NCBI GenBank assembly: GCA_963719625.1
Contig: CAVRDB010000003.1
Span: forward strand, 118,870 to 182,869
Origin: an uncultured Acidobacteriota bacterium
Lineage (GTDB): Bacteria > Acidobacteriota > Terriglobia > Terriglobales > Acidobacteriaceae
Length of the DNA stretch: 64,000 bases
Direction of reading: 5' to 3'
In this document: positions 50,229-60,482 of the stretch, piece by piece
Numbering within the stretch: position 1 is the first letter of the stretch
How the letters are laid out: every line of letters begins with the position of its first letter
The notes under the pieces: model-generated
Database searches by the model: none
Seen by the model: the letters and a program-made list of their open reading frames with translations, nothing else
Told to the model about the DNA's origin: nothing
Made by a program: the position numbers and the translations under genes

Positions 50229-51155
50229 TTACCCGTCCGCCTTTTTTACAGCTCCGACATTGCCGCCTTGCAATGCTTCCTGCCGGAGCGAAATCAAAAT
50301 AAATGCACCTAACGCCAGCACCGTCAACAAACAGCCCAGCTGCACGATGCGCACCACGATCATGCTGTTCTTTGCCATGTGGGGGTCGTAGCGGTAGCAA
50401 TAGGTGTAGATCAGGTCTACCGGGGAGCCGATCTGGCCATCCGAGGCCTCTACCAGCCCTGCGCGCATATCGCGAGGGGAATACTCGACGCCCAGGTAGT
50501 ACTGCGAAATCTTGCCCTCAGTTGTGATCAGCTCAATCGAACTGGGATGGGCAAACTGATTCATCTTCCCATCTGGCCCGGGAACGCTGACGTATCCAAA
50601 CCCGACCGCCTTGGTAAGCGCGGTGATGGAGGCCTGTGGGCCGGTCAAAAAATGCCAGCCATTCGCCGTATTCAGCCGGCCGTAACGTTTTAAGTAAAGC
50701 GCCTTTTCCGAGGCCGCCAACGCGGGCCCTTCACTGGGATCGAAGCTGGCTACGATCACGTTGAAGTCTTTTCCCGGCGTGAATTTCAACATCTCCAGCG
50801 CGCCCACCAGTCCATTCAATTCCTCGGAACACAGCATCGGGCAGCGGTAGTACACCAGCGCCAGGATCGCGGGGCGTTTGCCAAAGTACTCGCCTAGATG
50901 GACGGTACGACCAGTCTCATCGCGAAACTCCGCATTCAGCGGAAGCGACTGATCGAGATTCTGCTGGATTGTCGTCTTTTGCAAGATTTGCGGCAGCTTC
51001 GTCTGGGATGTATCTCCCATGGATTTTTCGCCGATCGGAGCCACTTGGCCATGGGCAACAGCAGGTACGAATGCAGCCAGCAGGCATGCAAACAGTACCG
51101 CTATCAGCGCCCGAGACGACGCGAAGTGGAATCGGATTGTAGACGCTGCTGTCAT
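50229..51155 (-). CDS. SCO1/SenC-family copper chaperone (thioredoxin fold) with a C-terminal TM helix
   Basis: Start placed at MTAASTIRFHFASSRALIAVLFACLLA (51155). CxxxC motif YYRCPMLCSE, and a downstream His (FAHPS). Confidence 0.8.
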   Translation of the reverse strand: MTAASTIRFHFASSRALIAVLFACLLAAFVPAVAHGQVAPIGEKSMGDTSQTKLPQILQKTTIQQNLDQSLPLNAEFRDETGRTVHLGEYFGKRPAILALVYYRCPMLCSEELNGLVGALEMLKFTPGKDFNVIVASFDPSEGPALAASEKALYLKRYGRLNTANGWHFLTGPQASITALTKAVGFGYVSVPGPDGKMNQFAHPSSIELITTEGKISQYYLGVEYSPRDMRAGLVEASDGQIGSPVDLIYTYCYRYDPHMAKNSMIVVRIVQLGCLLTVLALGAFILISLRQEALQGGNVGAVKKADG

Positions 51156-51159
51156 AAGG

Positions 51160-51888
51160 TTAATGTCCGGAATGGAGCTCCGCCTGCGCAACCGCATAGG
51201 GGCCAATCCCCAGGCGCTGCTCTCGCGCCTCGATCATCTCCAGTTCAGGCCCCGTACGCGCAAATCCGTTCGTTAGGGGAACTGTCACAGTCTTCTGGCT
51301 GTCTCCAAACATTGCCTGCTCCTGCGGCCCTTGCTGGCTTTCGACTGGAAGTCCCTTCTGAGCGAGGATCTCCATCGCGCGTGCAATCGGAATTCTCACA
51401 ATCTGCTTTTGCTCATCGACCCACGAGTAGTAATTCATCAGCATGTCCTCGCGAGCATGCATTTCGGCGACGTCCATATTGCCATCGTCTGTTTCCAGTC
51501 GAGGAGTCGGGAATCTTTTTACCAGCTGCTGCAACTGCTGCTGTTGAATTTGCGGATCGGATTCCATATTGGCCGGTTTCGCGCCCGCCAGCTGACGCCA
51601 TTTGTTTGCGGGACCGTCCTGCCGATTCAGTTCCATGTTGATCAATTTCCCAATTCCGAATGCCAGCACAAATACAACGGCAACCGAGGCAGCCATCACC
51701 ACAAGAAAGCCGGCAATGTCCGTCGTATTGGCATCCGTCAGCTCATACCCAATCTTCTTGCTTTCAGGATCCGGTTCCTGATGCAGCGTCATAAAGTCGT
51801 CGGATGAGTGTCCCTTTGCCCAATCCGGCGAATCCGGGCCGCCTGGACTATTGACGTCGTTTGGATCGTTCGGCCTATGCGTGGGCAT
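51160..51888 (-). CDS. Uncharacterised single-TM protein embedded between actF and the SCO chaperone
   Basis: 242-aa ORF. Overlaps the actF end by 14 nt and stops 4 nt before the SCO start. One TM helix IAGFLVVMAASVAVVFVLAFGIG, a Gln-rich stretch QIQQQQLQQL, and YYSWVDEQKQIVRIPIARAMEIL. No CxxCH. Confidence 0.6.
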   Translation of the reverse strand: MPTHRPNDPNDVNSPGGPDSPDWAKGHSSDDFMTLHQEPDPESKKIGYELTDANTTDIAGFLVVMAASVAVVFVLAFGIGKLINMELNRQDGPANKWRQLAGAKPANMESDPQIQQQQLQQLVKRFPTPRLETDDGNMDVAEMHAREDMLMNYYSWVDEQKQIVRIPIARAMEILAQKGLPVESQQGPQEQAMFGDSQKTVTVPLTNGFARTGPELEMIEAREQRLGIGPYAVAQAELHSGH

Positions 51889-53173
51889 GTTCAGACTCCA
51901 GAATTTGAGGCAAATGCGGATCGTTCAACGGCACCAGACCGCGCGTCCGCAAGACTGTGAAGTAGTAGGCCAGCCAGAGCCCGGTCATGGCTGCGGGGAC
52001 AAAAATGTATTGCAGCATGCCAGCGCTGAAATGGAGATTGCGGCTCTGGTCTGGAAAGGCCGGTGCAATCAACCACCACGTGTCCCAGAAGCGTGCAAAC
52101 AACATGATGCAGCAGACTGTGGCCAGCTTCCTCTTGTTGCGCTTCAGTTCCCGCGAGAGCAGCAGGAAGAACGGAAGAACCCAGTGGAACAGAAAATCCA
52201 GGCCGGCAACTGGCCCCCATCCTCCCGTGATGCGGTCCATATACCAGCGAATCTCGTTGGGAAGGTTGCCGGACCAGATGATCAGATATTGCGAGAAGGC
52301 CATATAGATGTTCAGCATCACAAAGGCAAGCATAAGTTTGCCGATGTCATGTTGCTCGGTAACGCGAAAAATGGCATTGACCGGCTCGTACTGTGAGAGA
52401 GCCAACACCACCAGGACCACCAGCGCCAGCGCGGCATATCCCTGCGAAACGATGAACATGAAAACCGTACATCGAGGAGAACCAGGTCGGGTCGAGCGAC
52501 ATCGTCCAATCGACGCACATGCCGGTAAGGACAAGAGAATAAACGACCAGGCCCGGGCCGCTGAGATTTTCAAAACGCTTCTGCCAGAACCAGTTGCCAT
52601 GATTCATATCGAAATCGCGCTGCAGCGACCAGCGATTCAGAAAATAGATGAAAATCCCGAAGATGATGAAGTACGAGGATCCCCGGCCCAGAATCCAGAA
52701 ACCATAAAGATGTCAGATACGGCCTGCTTGTAGGCAATCGCATGCGCCTGCATGGCATCGATCAAGCCGGCATGCAATGCCGATTCCGGATTCGTGAAGC
52801 GCGCCCAGATATACAAGCGTTTGGCGAAGATCGCGATCGGCAGAAACATCAGAAACAGCAGCGGTAATGTCCGGCTCATTGCTTCCAGCGGACGCCGAAT
52901 CAACAGGCCCCACTTGCCGCCCGAGCACCATTGCACCATCAGCAGCGCCATGCCGCCGCAGCAAAAACTCAGGCAAATCATCAACCCCATCAACCAGCCG
53001 CGCAATACGTAGTCGAAACTATGACTGATCAGCAGGTCGATCACAGCCAGCACTGCAAAAATCGCAGTCGCGAGAATCGCGCGAGAACGCCAGCGCAGGA
53101 CCGCGGGTGGAGCGCTCAGGTCTGCGGGCAAATGATGTGCGTGGCTTCCGTGTTCCATGTTTGTGTCCGTCAC
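51875..53173 (-). pseudogene. actF: Alternative Complex III subunit ActF (NrfD-like membrane subunit), broken by at least two indels
   Basis: Three consecutive same-strand ORFs in three frames (52637-53173, 52347-52607, 51875-52600) together give a polytopic protein of about 430 aa. Junctions are near the C/G run 52681-52684 and the A/T run 52461-52464. Confidence 0.8.
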
Positions 53174-53176
53174 CGT

Positions 53177-53947
53177 TTACCTTGCTCCCTTGCGAGGGGA
53201 GTTGTTCTTGAGTGCGTTTTGCGTTGTTGCGGGTATATTCTTTTTCCCTGCGCCAATGTCCACCTTCATATCTCCCGCGCTGGGAACATTGGTCAACTCC
53301 GGCAAAGTCCATCCTTGGGGGAAATTCGCCGGGTAGCCCATCTGTTCGGACACTTCCGCCAGCGTTTGAATGTTCATTCCCGGAGGAACATCTGCAAGCG
53401 TGGCCGTCTGGCTGAGTTGCAGCGCCCGGATGTAAGCCGCAATCGCCCAGCGGTCCTGCGTGTTGATCTGCGCCGCATAGTCCGGCATGGCGCCATACCC
53501 GTGGCTGATGACCGCGAAGTAATGGCCCAGCGGCTCCTGAAGGATGCGCGGCTCCAGCAAGTCGCCGGCGGGCTTGTAGCCGCGCTCAACGATCATGCCG
53601 CGTCCATTTCCCACGCGAGAATGACACGGGGTGCAGTAAATGTCGAAGCGTTCCTGCCCGCGCTTCAGTACCGTCATCGTTGCCGGGAAAGGCATTGCGT
53701 CCTGTTCAGTTTGACCGATCAATCCGGTATAGAAATAAGAATTCGCGTCGAGCTGGCCGCGGGCCACAGTTCCCTCCACCTGCGGACGAACCGATCTGCC
53801 ATCGGCAAAAAATTTGGATTCGCGTTGCGGAATCATTTTCGGCTCATCCTGCATGTCCTGCCGGCAACCGGAGAGCGGGATCAGCACGGCGAGAGCGGCA
53901 GCGGCAAGTGTCCAGCGAAAAAGCGAATTGGTCGAATGCATAAACAT
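53177..53947 (-). CDS. actE: Alternative Complex III monoheme cytochrome c subunit ActE (lipoprotein)
   Basis: Start placed at MFMHSTNSLFRWTLAAAALAVLIPLSGC (53947), 4 nt after the actD stop. Single CTPCH. The upstream part of ORF 53177-54442 merely overlaps actD. Confidence 0.82.
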   Translation of the reverse strand: MFMHSTNSLFRWTLAAAALAVLIPLSGCRQDMQDEPKMIPQRESKFFADGRSVRPQVEGTVARGQLDANSYFYTGLIGQTEQDAMPFPATMTVLKRGQERFDIYCTPCHSRVGNGRGMIVERGYKPAGDLLEPRILQEPLGHYFAVISHGYGAMPDYAAQINTQDRWAIAAYIRALQLSQTATLADVPPGMNIQTLAEVSEQMGYPANFPQGWTLPELTNVPSAGDMKVDIGAGKKNIPATTQNALKNNSPRKGAR

Positions 53948-53951
53948 TGGT

Positions 53952-54503
53952 TTAATGGTCCACCTCGACGACGGAGGCTGGGTGCAGCGACTCCAGCAGA
54001 GATCGCGTATCCGTGATGGAAAACCTGGGATCATCGGCCTCCAGGCAGAGAAAAAATTTGTCTGAGGTTGCGCCGTTGCGAAAATTCGGCGCATTGAAAA
54101 CTGGATGATAGGGCGAAGGCAACCGATTGAGCGCCAGCATGCCGAAACCGGCGCAAAGGCCTGCCCATAGAATCGTCCACTCATAGGCGGGAATGATAAA
54201 GGCAACCCAGGAAAACTTGCCGCGCCCGGCGACGTTGAGCGGATAGGCCCAGACCGAGATCCATGTTTCCAGCGTGAACATGGCCAGACCGCCCAGAATC
54301 CCGCCCAGCAGGCATACTCTGGACACACCCTTCTCCTTCGGCTCGTCAAAGCCCATCGCTTCGGCAGCCTCTTCGATCGGATACGGCGAGTAACAATCCA
54401 TGCGCCTGTACCCCGCGTTGTAAGCGGATTTCGCCGCTCCAATCAGCTCGCCGGGCGTGTCAAACTCCGCGAGCAAACCATATATCCCTTCACGCACTGG
54501 CAT
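53952..54503 (-). CDS. actD: Alternative Complex III subunit ActD (DUF3341)
   Basis: 183-aa ORF. IYGLLAEFDTPGELIGAA...GYRRMDCYSPYPIEE and two TM helices; position between actC and actE. Confidence 0.82.
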   Translation of the reverse strand: MPVREGIYGLLAEFDTPGELIGAAKSAYNAGYRRMDCYSPYPIEEAAEAMGFDEPKEKGVSRVCLLGGILGGLAMFTLETWISVWAYPLNVAGRGKFSWVAFIIPAYEWTILWAGLCAGFGMLALNRLPSPYHPVFNAPNFRNGATSDKFFLCLEADDPRFSITDTRSLLESLHPASVVEVDH

Positions 54504-54506
54504 ACA

Positions 54507-55926
54507 TCAAACCTCGTTCTGCATTTCGTTCTCATGCGCCTTGGATCCGGGCAGAATCTGGCGGATTTCCGACATCGGAATCATCGGCAATAGGCGAATA
54601 AATAGGAAGAACAGGGTCGTAAATAATCCAAGCGTTCCAACGAACGTCATATAGTCCCAACGGGTCGCACGGTAGGTGCCCCAGGAAGACGGCAGATAAT
54701 CGCGAGTCAGACTGGTTACCACAATCACAAAGCGTTCAAACCACATCCCCGTATTCACGATGATCGACAAGATAAACAGGAACGCAACATTCTGCCGCAA
54801 CCGGCGCGACCAGAGCGTAGTGAGCGGAAACAGCAATATTACAGAAGATGAGCACCACATACGACCAGCCCATGGGCCCGAAGATGCGGTTCCACGCCAT
54901 GAAGAATTCCCATTTATCCGCCGAGTACCAGGCATAGGCGATGTCCGTCATGTAGCCGTAGGCCACAATGAAGCCTGTAGCCAGCATCACCTTGCCGCAG
55001 TTGTCGAGATGCCGAATCGTAATCAGGTCTTCCAGGTGATAGAACTTGCGGATCGGAATGGCCAGGGTCAGCACCATGGCAAATCCCGAGTAGATGGCTC
55101 CAGCCACGAAATACGGCGGAAAGATCGTCGTGTGCCAGCCCGGCATGATCGCCACGGCGAAATCGAAGCTGATGACGGTATGAACGGAAAGAACCAGTGG
55201 AGTCGCTAGACCCGCCAACAACAGGCACGAGCTTTCATAGCGCATCCAATGCCGGGCTGAACCGCGCCAGCCGAGCGCCATCTGGCCATAGATGAAGCGA
55301 CCGAATTTTGATTTTGCCCTGTCCCGCAGCGTGCCGAGATCGGGAATCATCCCGATATACCAGAAGACGACCGAAATCGTTGCATACGTCGAAACCGCAA
55401 ATACGTCCCAAATCAGCGGGGAACGGAACTGCGGCCAGTAGTTCATGGTGTTCGGATAAGGAAAGAGCCAATAGATCGCCAGCCACGGACGTCCGGTATG
55501 GATCACAGGAAACATGGCCGCGCAAATGACGGCAAACAGCGTCATCGCTTCGGCAAAGCGGTTGATAGAGTTGCGCCAGCTCTGCTTGAACAACAAAAGG
55601 ATGGCGGAAATCAGCGTTCCAGCGTGTCCGATACCGATCCACCAGACGAAGTTGACGATCGCAAAACCCCACGCAACAGGAATCGTGATGGCCCAGATGC
55701 CCACGCCTTTCAGGAACAGCCACGTCATCGCGACAAGCAACATCATCGTAATGCTGCCGGCAATCGCGAAGCCGAAGAACCAGCCCAGCGGCGTGTGCGG
55801 GGTCAGCACAATGCGCGACAACTTCTCGGTGACCGAGCGGAACGTATGCCCAGGGGCAATGACCAGTTGTTCGCCCGTCTCAGGGTCGATCATTGGATCA
55901 GGAGGCAAAATATCTTTCGTAGCCAT
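54507..55926 (-). pseudogene. actC: Alternative Complex III subunit ActC (NrfD/PsrC-like quinol-interacting membrane subunit), with a 1-nt insertion near the 3-prime end
   Basis: ORF 54736-55926 ends ...GWSYVVLIFCNIAVSAHY. ORF 54507-54935 supplies ...ILLFPLTTLWSRRLRQNVAFLFILSIIVNTGMWFERFVIVV. One extra base near 54837 separates FCN from LLFPL. Confidence 0.85.
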
Positions 55927-56006
55927 GCTTCGTGCGACCTCTTCAGTTCGCTGAGGTTTCCCTCGTTGCGTCAGCCTTCAGTTGTCCGTACATCACTTCT
56001 TGTCGA

Positions 56007-59000
56007 TCAGGCGTTTTCCATCAATTCCGGGTTGGGATTCACAACTCCGGCAATGTACGACGTCCGAGGACGCGTGTTGAGATCTGCCAGAACCGTATAG
56101 TTGCGTGTCTGCGCTTTGACCCTGGACACACGGCTATTTTTGTCGTTGATATTGCCGAACGTAATGGCATGAGTCGGACACGCCTCCTGGCAGGCAGTGA
56201 CAATTTCTCCATCGCGAACGACTCGGTTTTCCTTGTCAGCGCTGATCTTGGCCTTGCTGATCCTTTGCACGCAATAACTGCACTTCTCCATCACACCGCG
56301 GCTGCGGACCGTGACTTCCGGATTGCGCATCAGCTTCAGAGATTCCGTCTCATAATCCGAGAACAGCAGCCAGTTAAATCGGCGTACTTTATACGGACAA
56401 TTGTTCGAACAATAGCGCGTGCCCACGCAGCGCTGGTAAAGCATTAAATTCAGGCCTTCGGGCGAATGCACGGTCGCCCCCACCGGACAGACCTGTTCGC
56501 AGGGCGCGTTCTCGCACATCTGACAGGTCATCGGCTGAAAATATGCCTTGGGCGCATTCATGTCGCCTTCAAAATAGGTATCGATGCGAATCCACTGCAT
56601 ATCGCGGCCTACTTGCACCTGATGCTTGCCAACCACCGCAATGTTGTTCTCCGCATAGCAACTGACAATGCATGCATTGCAACCTACGCAGGAGTTCAGA
56701 TCGATCGACAACGCCCACTGGTATCCCTTGCTGTAATCCCAAACGGGAAATAGAGTGGTGCTCTTGGGTGGCGCGTTGAATTCCGCGTTCTCAGCGGCAA
56801 ACCCTGGATTCTGCTTGTATTCCTCAAGCGTGGCGAATCGGATCACGCCGCGCTGTTCCGCTTCCCGACCTTCCAGCGAGTGCGGCGTCGTGTCCGGCTT
56901 GGCCTCTTTCGCTTCGTCTTCAAAACCGTATTTGCGTGCGAACATGTCGCGATGATCGATGTAGTGGCTCTTGGTGGATGCACACTCATACGTTTCACCC
57001 GTCTTTCTTACCGTCGCCCCCACGGCGAACAACGGCGAGGAAGCCAGGCGAATCGGGAATGCGTCAAATCCCGGTCCGGTTCCAACCCGTCCAGCACTAC
57101 GGCGGCCATAGCCTAGATAGATCGTGATGCTTTGGTCCGGATGACCAGGCGCGACCATGGCCGAAGCCTTGATCTTTCTGCCCTGATATTCAATTTCGAC
57201 TACGTCGCTTTCGCTGGCGTTCAGCTTCACCAATGTCTGAATGCTCATCAGCGCCGCGTTGTCCCACGAAAGATTGGTGATCGGCTTCGGCAGTTCCTGC
57301 ATCCAGCCCAGGTTGGCATAACGGCCATCGTAAATGGTCGGATCAGGCCGGAAGATCACTTCGATTGCCGTCGCATCGGGCACAGTCGCCGCAGCAGACG
57401 CTGTATTTTTCGCACTCACTTCCTTAGCGGCAAATGCGGTGTTCGCGATCCATCCATCGTGCAAAGCTTTCCGCCATGGCAAGTCCGCATCGCCGTCGCC
57501 TGCATTGCCATTGACGGACTTGCCTGCGCCGCCCAGCACATCCTTCCAGTTGTCGTGCACGGCATCCATCGGGGAAACATCCGGCTTATCCAGCATGATC
57601 TGCAGAACGTGATGGGCGGACTTCCCGCTATACAGCGGGTCAATCATCGGCTGCACGATGCTGACGGTTCCATCGTAGGCGCGAACATCCGACCAGCATT
57701 CCAGATAGTGCGCTCCATTGATATGCCAATCCACGACCTCAGCCGTTTCGTCGACATATAAGCCGAGATGAGCCACCGTCTTCGCGCGGCCCATGGCTTT
57801 TTCAAAATTCAGATCCGCCGGCGCACTGTATACAGGATTGGTATCCAGGATGACCAGCCAATCGACTTTCCCTGCATTCAAATCTCCGACCAACTGCTTC
57901 AGGTCATCGATTTCTACCGTGGGCATGGGGTTCACGGTTTCCGTATAGATCACCGTCTTGCCCACGTTCCCCAAAGCCTGATTCATCGCGATCGCCGCAA
58001 GATGGACTCCCGGCGCAGCCTGCTCTCCAGGGATCACGACGCACTTGCCGGCATTCGCCTTCAGGTCCTTGACCACGGCGTTCAGATACGCCGTCTGCTC
58101 CTCGGTCCACGCGGCGCCATTGGGAGCCGAACCTGCGCCAAGCCCCGCCGCCACCGCTGCCGCGAAAGCCTCCATCTGGCTGGCGCGCATCCGCAGACGA
58201 TGGTCTGCTTTGAAGCCCGTGGTGGAAGGAGTGCTCTCCACCGAATACATGCGGTTCATTTCCACGCCCGGATTCAGCGACCGCCGCTGGGCATAGTCCG
58301 CTGCCAGTTTCAGAAATCCGGGATGCCACAGTCCAGAGAGAAAGTCTGCGTCGAGCGAAAGAACCACATCCGCCGCATCCAGCTTGTACTGTGGATCGAG
58401 GTAATCGCCAAACGCCTGCTTGGACGCGATTCGCGCCGAGTCGCGATTGACCGGGTCATACTGGAACCACTTCGCATTCGGATATTTCGCGCTGGCACTC
58501 TTCCACTGCGCTGCAAGTGTCGGCGAGACGACGGTTCCGCTAAGAAAGTACAGCCCCTGGCCGCCGCTGGATGCCTTCGACTCCAGCATCGCGGTAAAAT
58601 CCGAGACGAAATTGACGTAGTCGCGCGTTTCGCCGCGGTAGAGCACGCGCTTGGAACGGTCGGGATCGTACATCCCCAGTAGCGTTCCCTGGGTATAGGC
58701 ATCCGATGTGCCGTGATTCATCGGATGTTCCGGATTGCCTTCGAGCTTAATGGGTCGATAGGCTTCACTCTTCACCAGAAGAGGAACTGAGCCCATCGGA
58801 AACGGGTGCGCCGTTGCAAAGTAAATCGGTTTTCCAAGCACCAGGTCTTCTGGCTGCTTTACGTAGGGATAAATGGGTTCGTCGGGCTGCTTGGTGCATC
58901 CGGTCAACCCGGCCAGCGCAATCGAGGCCCCCATCAGCTTCATGAATCCGCGTCGGGAAACAGAATCCACCCATTCCGCAGCATGTTGAGGAAATTCGCG

Positions 59001-59270
59001 CCGCAAGGCATCCTGAAAATCGGGCGTATCGGCCAACTCATCGATGGTTTGCCAATAGCGTTTGCCCGTCATGCCTGCCAGACGCGCCTGCGCCGTCTCA
59101 ATCAATTGGGCCGTTTTCGACTTTTCAACCGAATCCATTGGTGCGTTCTCGTGGGTCACGGTCTTATGCTCGTTTTCCATCTTCGAATCTTGACCTTTGC
59201 GGTTGTCTTTCGTTGCTGCGTCCAGAATCGGCTGCTCTTGCCCTTGCATATCGCGATTCATCGATGACAT
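56007..59270 (-). CDS. actB: Alternative Complex III subunit ActB (molybdopterin-oxidoreductase-like domain fused to a 4-cluster Fe-S domain)
   Basis: 1087-aa ORF. Tat motif SRRGFMKLMGASIALAGL. Cys clusters CVGCNACIVSC, CQMCENAPCEQVCP, CVGTRYCSNNCP, CSYC...CQEACP. Confidence 0.9.
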   Translation of the reverse strand: MSSMNRDMQGQEQPILDAATKDNRKGQDSKMENEHKTVTHENAPMDSVEKSKTAQLIETAQARLAGMTGKRYWQTIDELADTPDFQDALRREFPQHAAEWVDSVSRRGFMKLMGASIALAGLTGCTKQPDEPIYPYVKQPEDLVLGKPIYFATAHPFPMGSVPLLVKSEAYRPIKLEGNPEHPMNHGTSDAYTQGTLLGMYDPDRSKRVLYRGETRDYVNFVSDFTAMLESKASSGGQGLYFLSGTVVSPTLAAQWKSASAKYPNAKWFQYDPVNRDSARIASKQAFGDYLDPQYKLDAADVVLSLDADFLSGLWHPGFLKLAADYAQRRSLNPGVEMNRMYSVESTPSTTGFKADHRLRMRASQMEAFAAAVAAGLGAGSAPNGAAWTEEQTAYLNAVVKDLKANAGKCVVIPGEQAAPGVHLAAIAMNQALGNVGKTVIYTETVNPMPTVEIDDLKQLVGDLNAGKVDWLVILDTNPVYSAPADLNFEKAMGRAKTVAHLGLYVDETAEVVDWHINGAHYLECWSDVRAYDGTVSIVQPMIDPLYSGKSAHHVLQIMLDKPDVSPMDAVHDNWKDVLGGAGKSVNGNAGDGDADLPWRKALHDGWIANTAFAAKEVSAKNTASAAATVPDATAIEVIFRPDPTIYDGRYANLGWMQELPKPITNLSWDNAALMSIQTLVKLNASESDVVEIEYQGRKIKASAMVAPGHPDQSITIYLGYGRRSAGRVGTGPGFDAFPIRLASSPLFAVGATVRKTGETYECASTKSHYIDHRDMFARKYGFEDEAKEAKPDTTPHSLEGREAEQRGVIRFATLEEYKQNPGFAAENAEFNAPPKSTTLFPVWDYSKGYQWALSIDLNSCVGCNACIVSCYAENNIAVVGKHQVQVGRDMQWIRIDTYFEGDMNAPKAYFQPMTCQMCENAPCEQVCPVGATVHSPEGLNLMLYQRCVGTRYCSNNCPYKVRRFNWLLFSDYETESLKLMRNPEVTVRSRGVMEKCSYCVQRISKAKISADKENRVVRDGEIVTACQEACPTHAITFGNINDKNSRVSRVKAQTRNYTVLADLNTRPRTSYIAGVVNPNPELMENA

Positions 59271-60163
59271 GTGTCACAGCTAGTCAGCTGTCGCGGCGGA
59301 CGAATATGGTATTGCACCAACAGATAATTTCCCAAGGCTTTCTGATCCGTAAACTTCACGAAGTGTGGGTTGATGGGGACTTGGGCATGAACAGATCCAC
59401 CGTCCGGAGAAGACCATGACTGCATATCGGAAAACGCCGGCGCATCCGTACCCGTTCGAGGACTCGGCGGTGCATCGAGAGTAGCCATCTGGGCGCCATC
59501 ATTGTCAGGATTTCGCGTGGTGCAATCTACCAGCTGTGCCGTCGGGACCCCGGGAGTGGTGGGCTTGTTCGTACACCAGACCGGATGCAGCGACGACGGC
59601 CCTTCCCAGGCCATCTGATAGATTTGCGACGTCGGTCGAAGATTCTTGGCCGGGTTGCGATGACAGTTCAGACACCACTCCATCTGCAGCGTGCTGGCCT
59701 GGTAGGTCAGCGGCATTTCATCGATTCGGCCATGACAGCTGGAACAGCCGATGCCCTTGTTGACGTGGATGGAGTGATCGAAATACACATAGTCCGGCAG
59801 GTCATGCACCTTGGTCCAGACGAGGGACTGATTGGTTACCCAACTCTGCCGCACCGGAGCCAGCAGGTCGGCATTGGTCCAGATTTGCGCGTGACAATTA
59901 ATGCAGGTCTTGGTAGGCGGAATGCCCGCGTAGCTCGATTTCTCTACCGACGTATGGCAATACTGGCATTGCAGGCCCAGTCCTTGTACGTGGTGCTTGT
60001 GGCTGAAAGGGACCGGCTGATCTGGCCGTTGGCCCTGGCGGGTAACCCACGGGGAACGCTGCAGGTAATTCAGCGTCACACCCACTCCAATTAAAATCAC
60101 TGCATAAAGAACCAGGCTGATCCGTGTCAGCGAGTTTGAACTGCGATCAAAAATCTGCGCCAT
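59258..60163 (-). CDS. actA: Alternative Complex III pentaheme cytochrome c subunit ActA
   Basis: 301-aa ORF. N-terminal TM anchor and five CxxCH motifs (CQYCH, CINCH, CSSCH, CLNCH, CDTCH). 13-nt overlap with actB. Confidence 0.9.
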   Translation of the reverse strand: MAQIFDRSSNSLTRISLVLYAVILIGVGVTLNYLQRSPWVTRQGQRPDQPVPFSHKHHVQGLGLQCQYCHTSVEKSSYAGIPPTKTCINCHAQIWTNADLLAPVRQSWVTNQSLVWTKVHDLPDYVYFDHSIHVNKGIGCSSCHGRIDEMPLTYQASTLQMEWCLNCHRNPAKNLRPTSQIYQMAWEGPSSLHPVWCTNKPTTPGVPTAQLVDCTTRNPDNDGAQMATLDAPPSPRTGTDAPAFSDMQSWSSPDGGSVHAQVPINPHFVKFTDQKALGNYLLVQYHIRPPRQLTSCDTCHR

Positions 60164-60364
60164 GTTTGGGTGCTTCCCTGCTTGTTTGCTCGACGTTCAG
60201 CCAAGCTTGTTGAATTGGCCCCAACCCACCGCCGAGGGCACACTGTTTAGCGATGAGCAATCACGGGTTTTGATTGCAAAAAAATAAAGAATTCGAAACT
60301 GCGGAAAATTAGGTAGCCCGAAAAAAGATTACAGGAGTGAAGGAAAGATCGGCAACCCCTAACG

Positions 60365-60387
60365 GGAAATTCCTGGAAAATTTTTCC
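60365..60387. promoter_or_regulatory. Two adjacent GGAA-(A/T)n-TTCC palindromes upstream of the actA operon
   Basis: GGAAATTCC (60365-60373) and GGAAAATTTTTCC (60375-60387) read directly, about 200-225 nt upstream of the actA start in a 319-bp AT-rich intergenic region. Confidence 0.3.
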
Positions 60388-60482
60388 TGCTGCAGAAACT
60401 TTTTCTTCAATCCACCCGCATCCACAGCCGATTTGCATGGCCTCTGCACCCGCTCCCAATGTCTGCTCCGCAACAATTCTTT

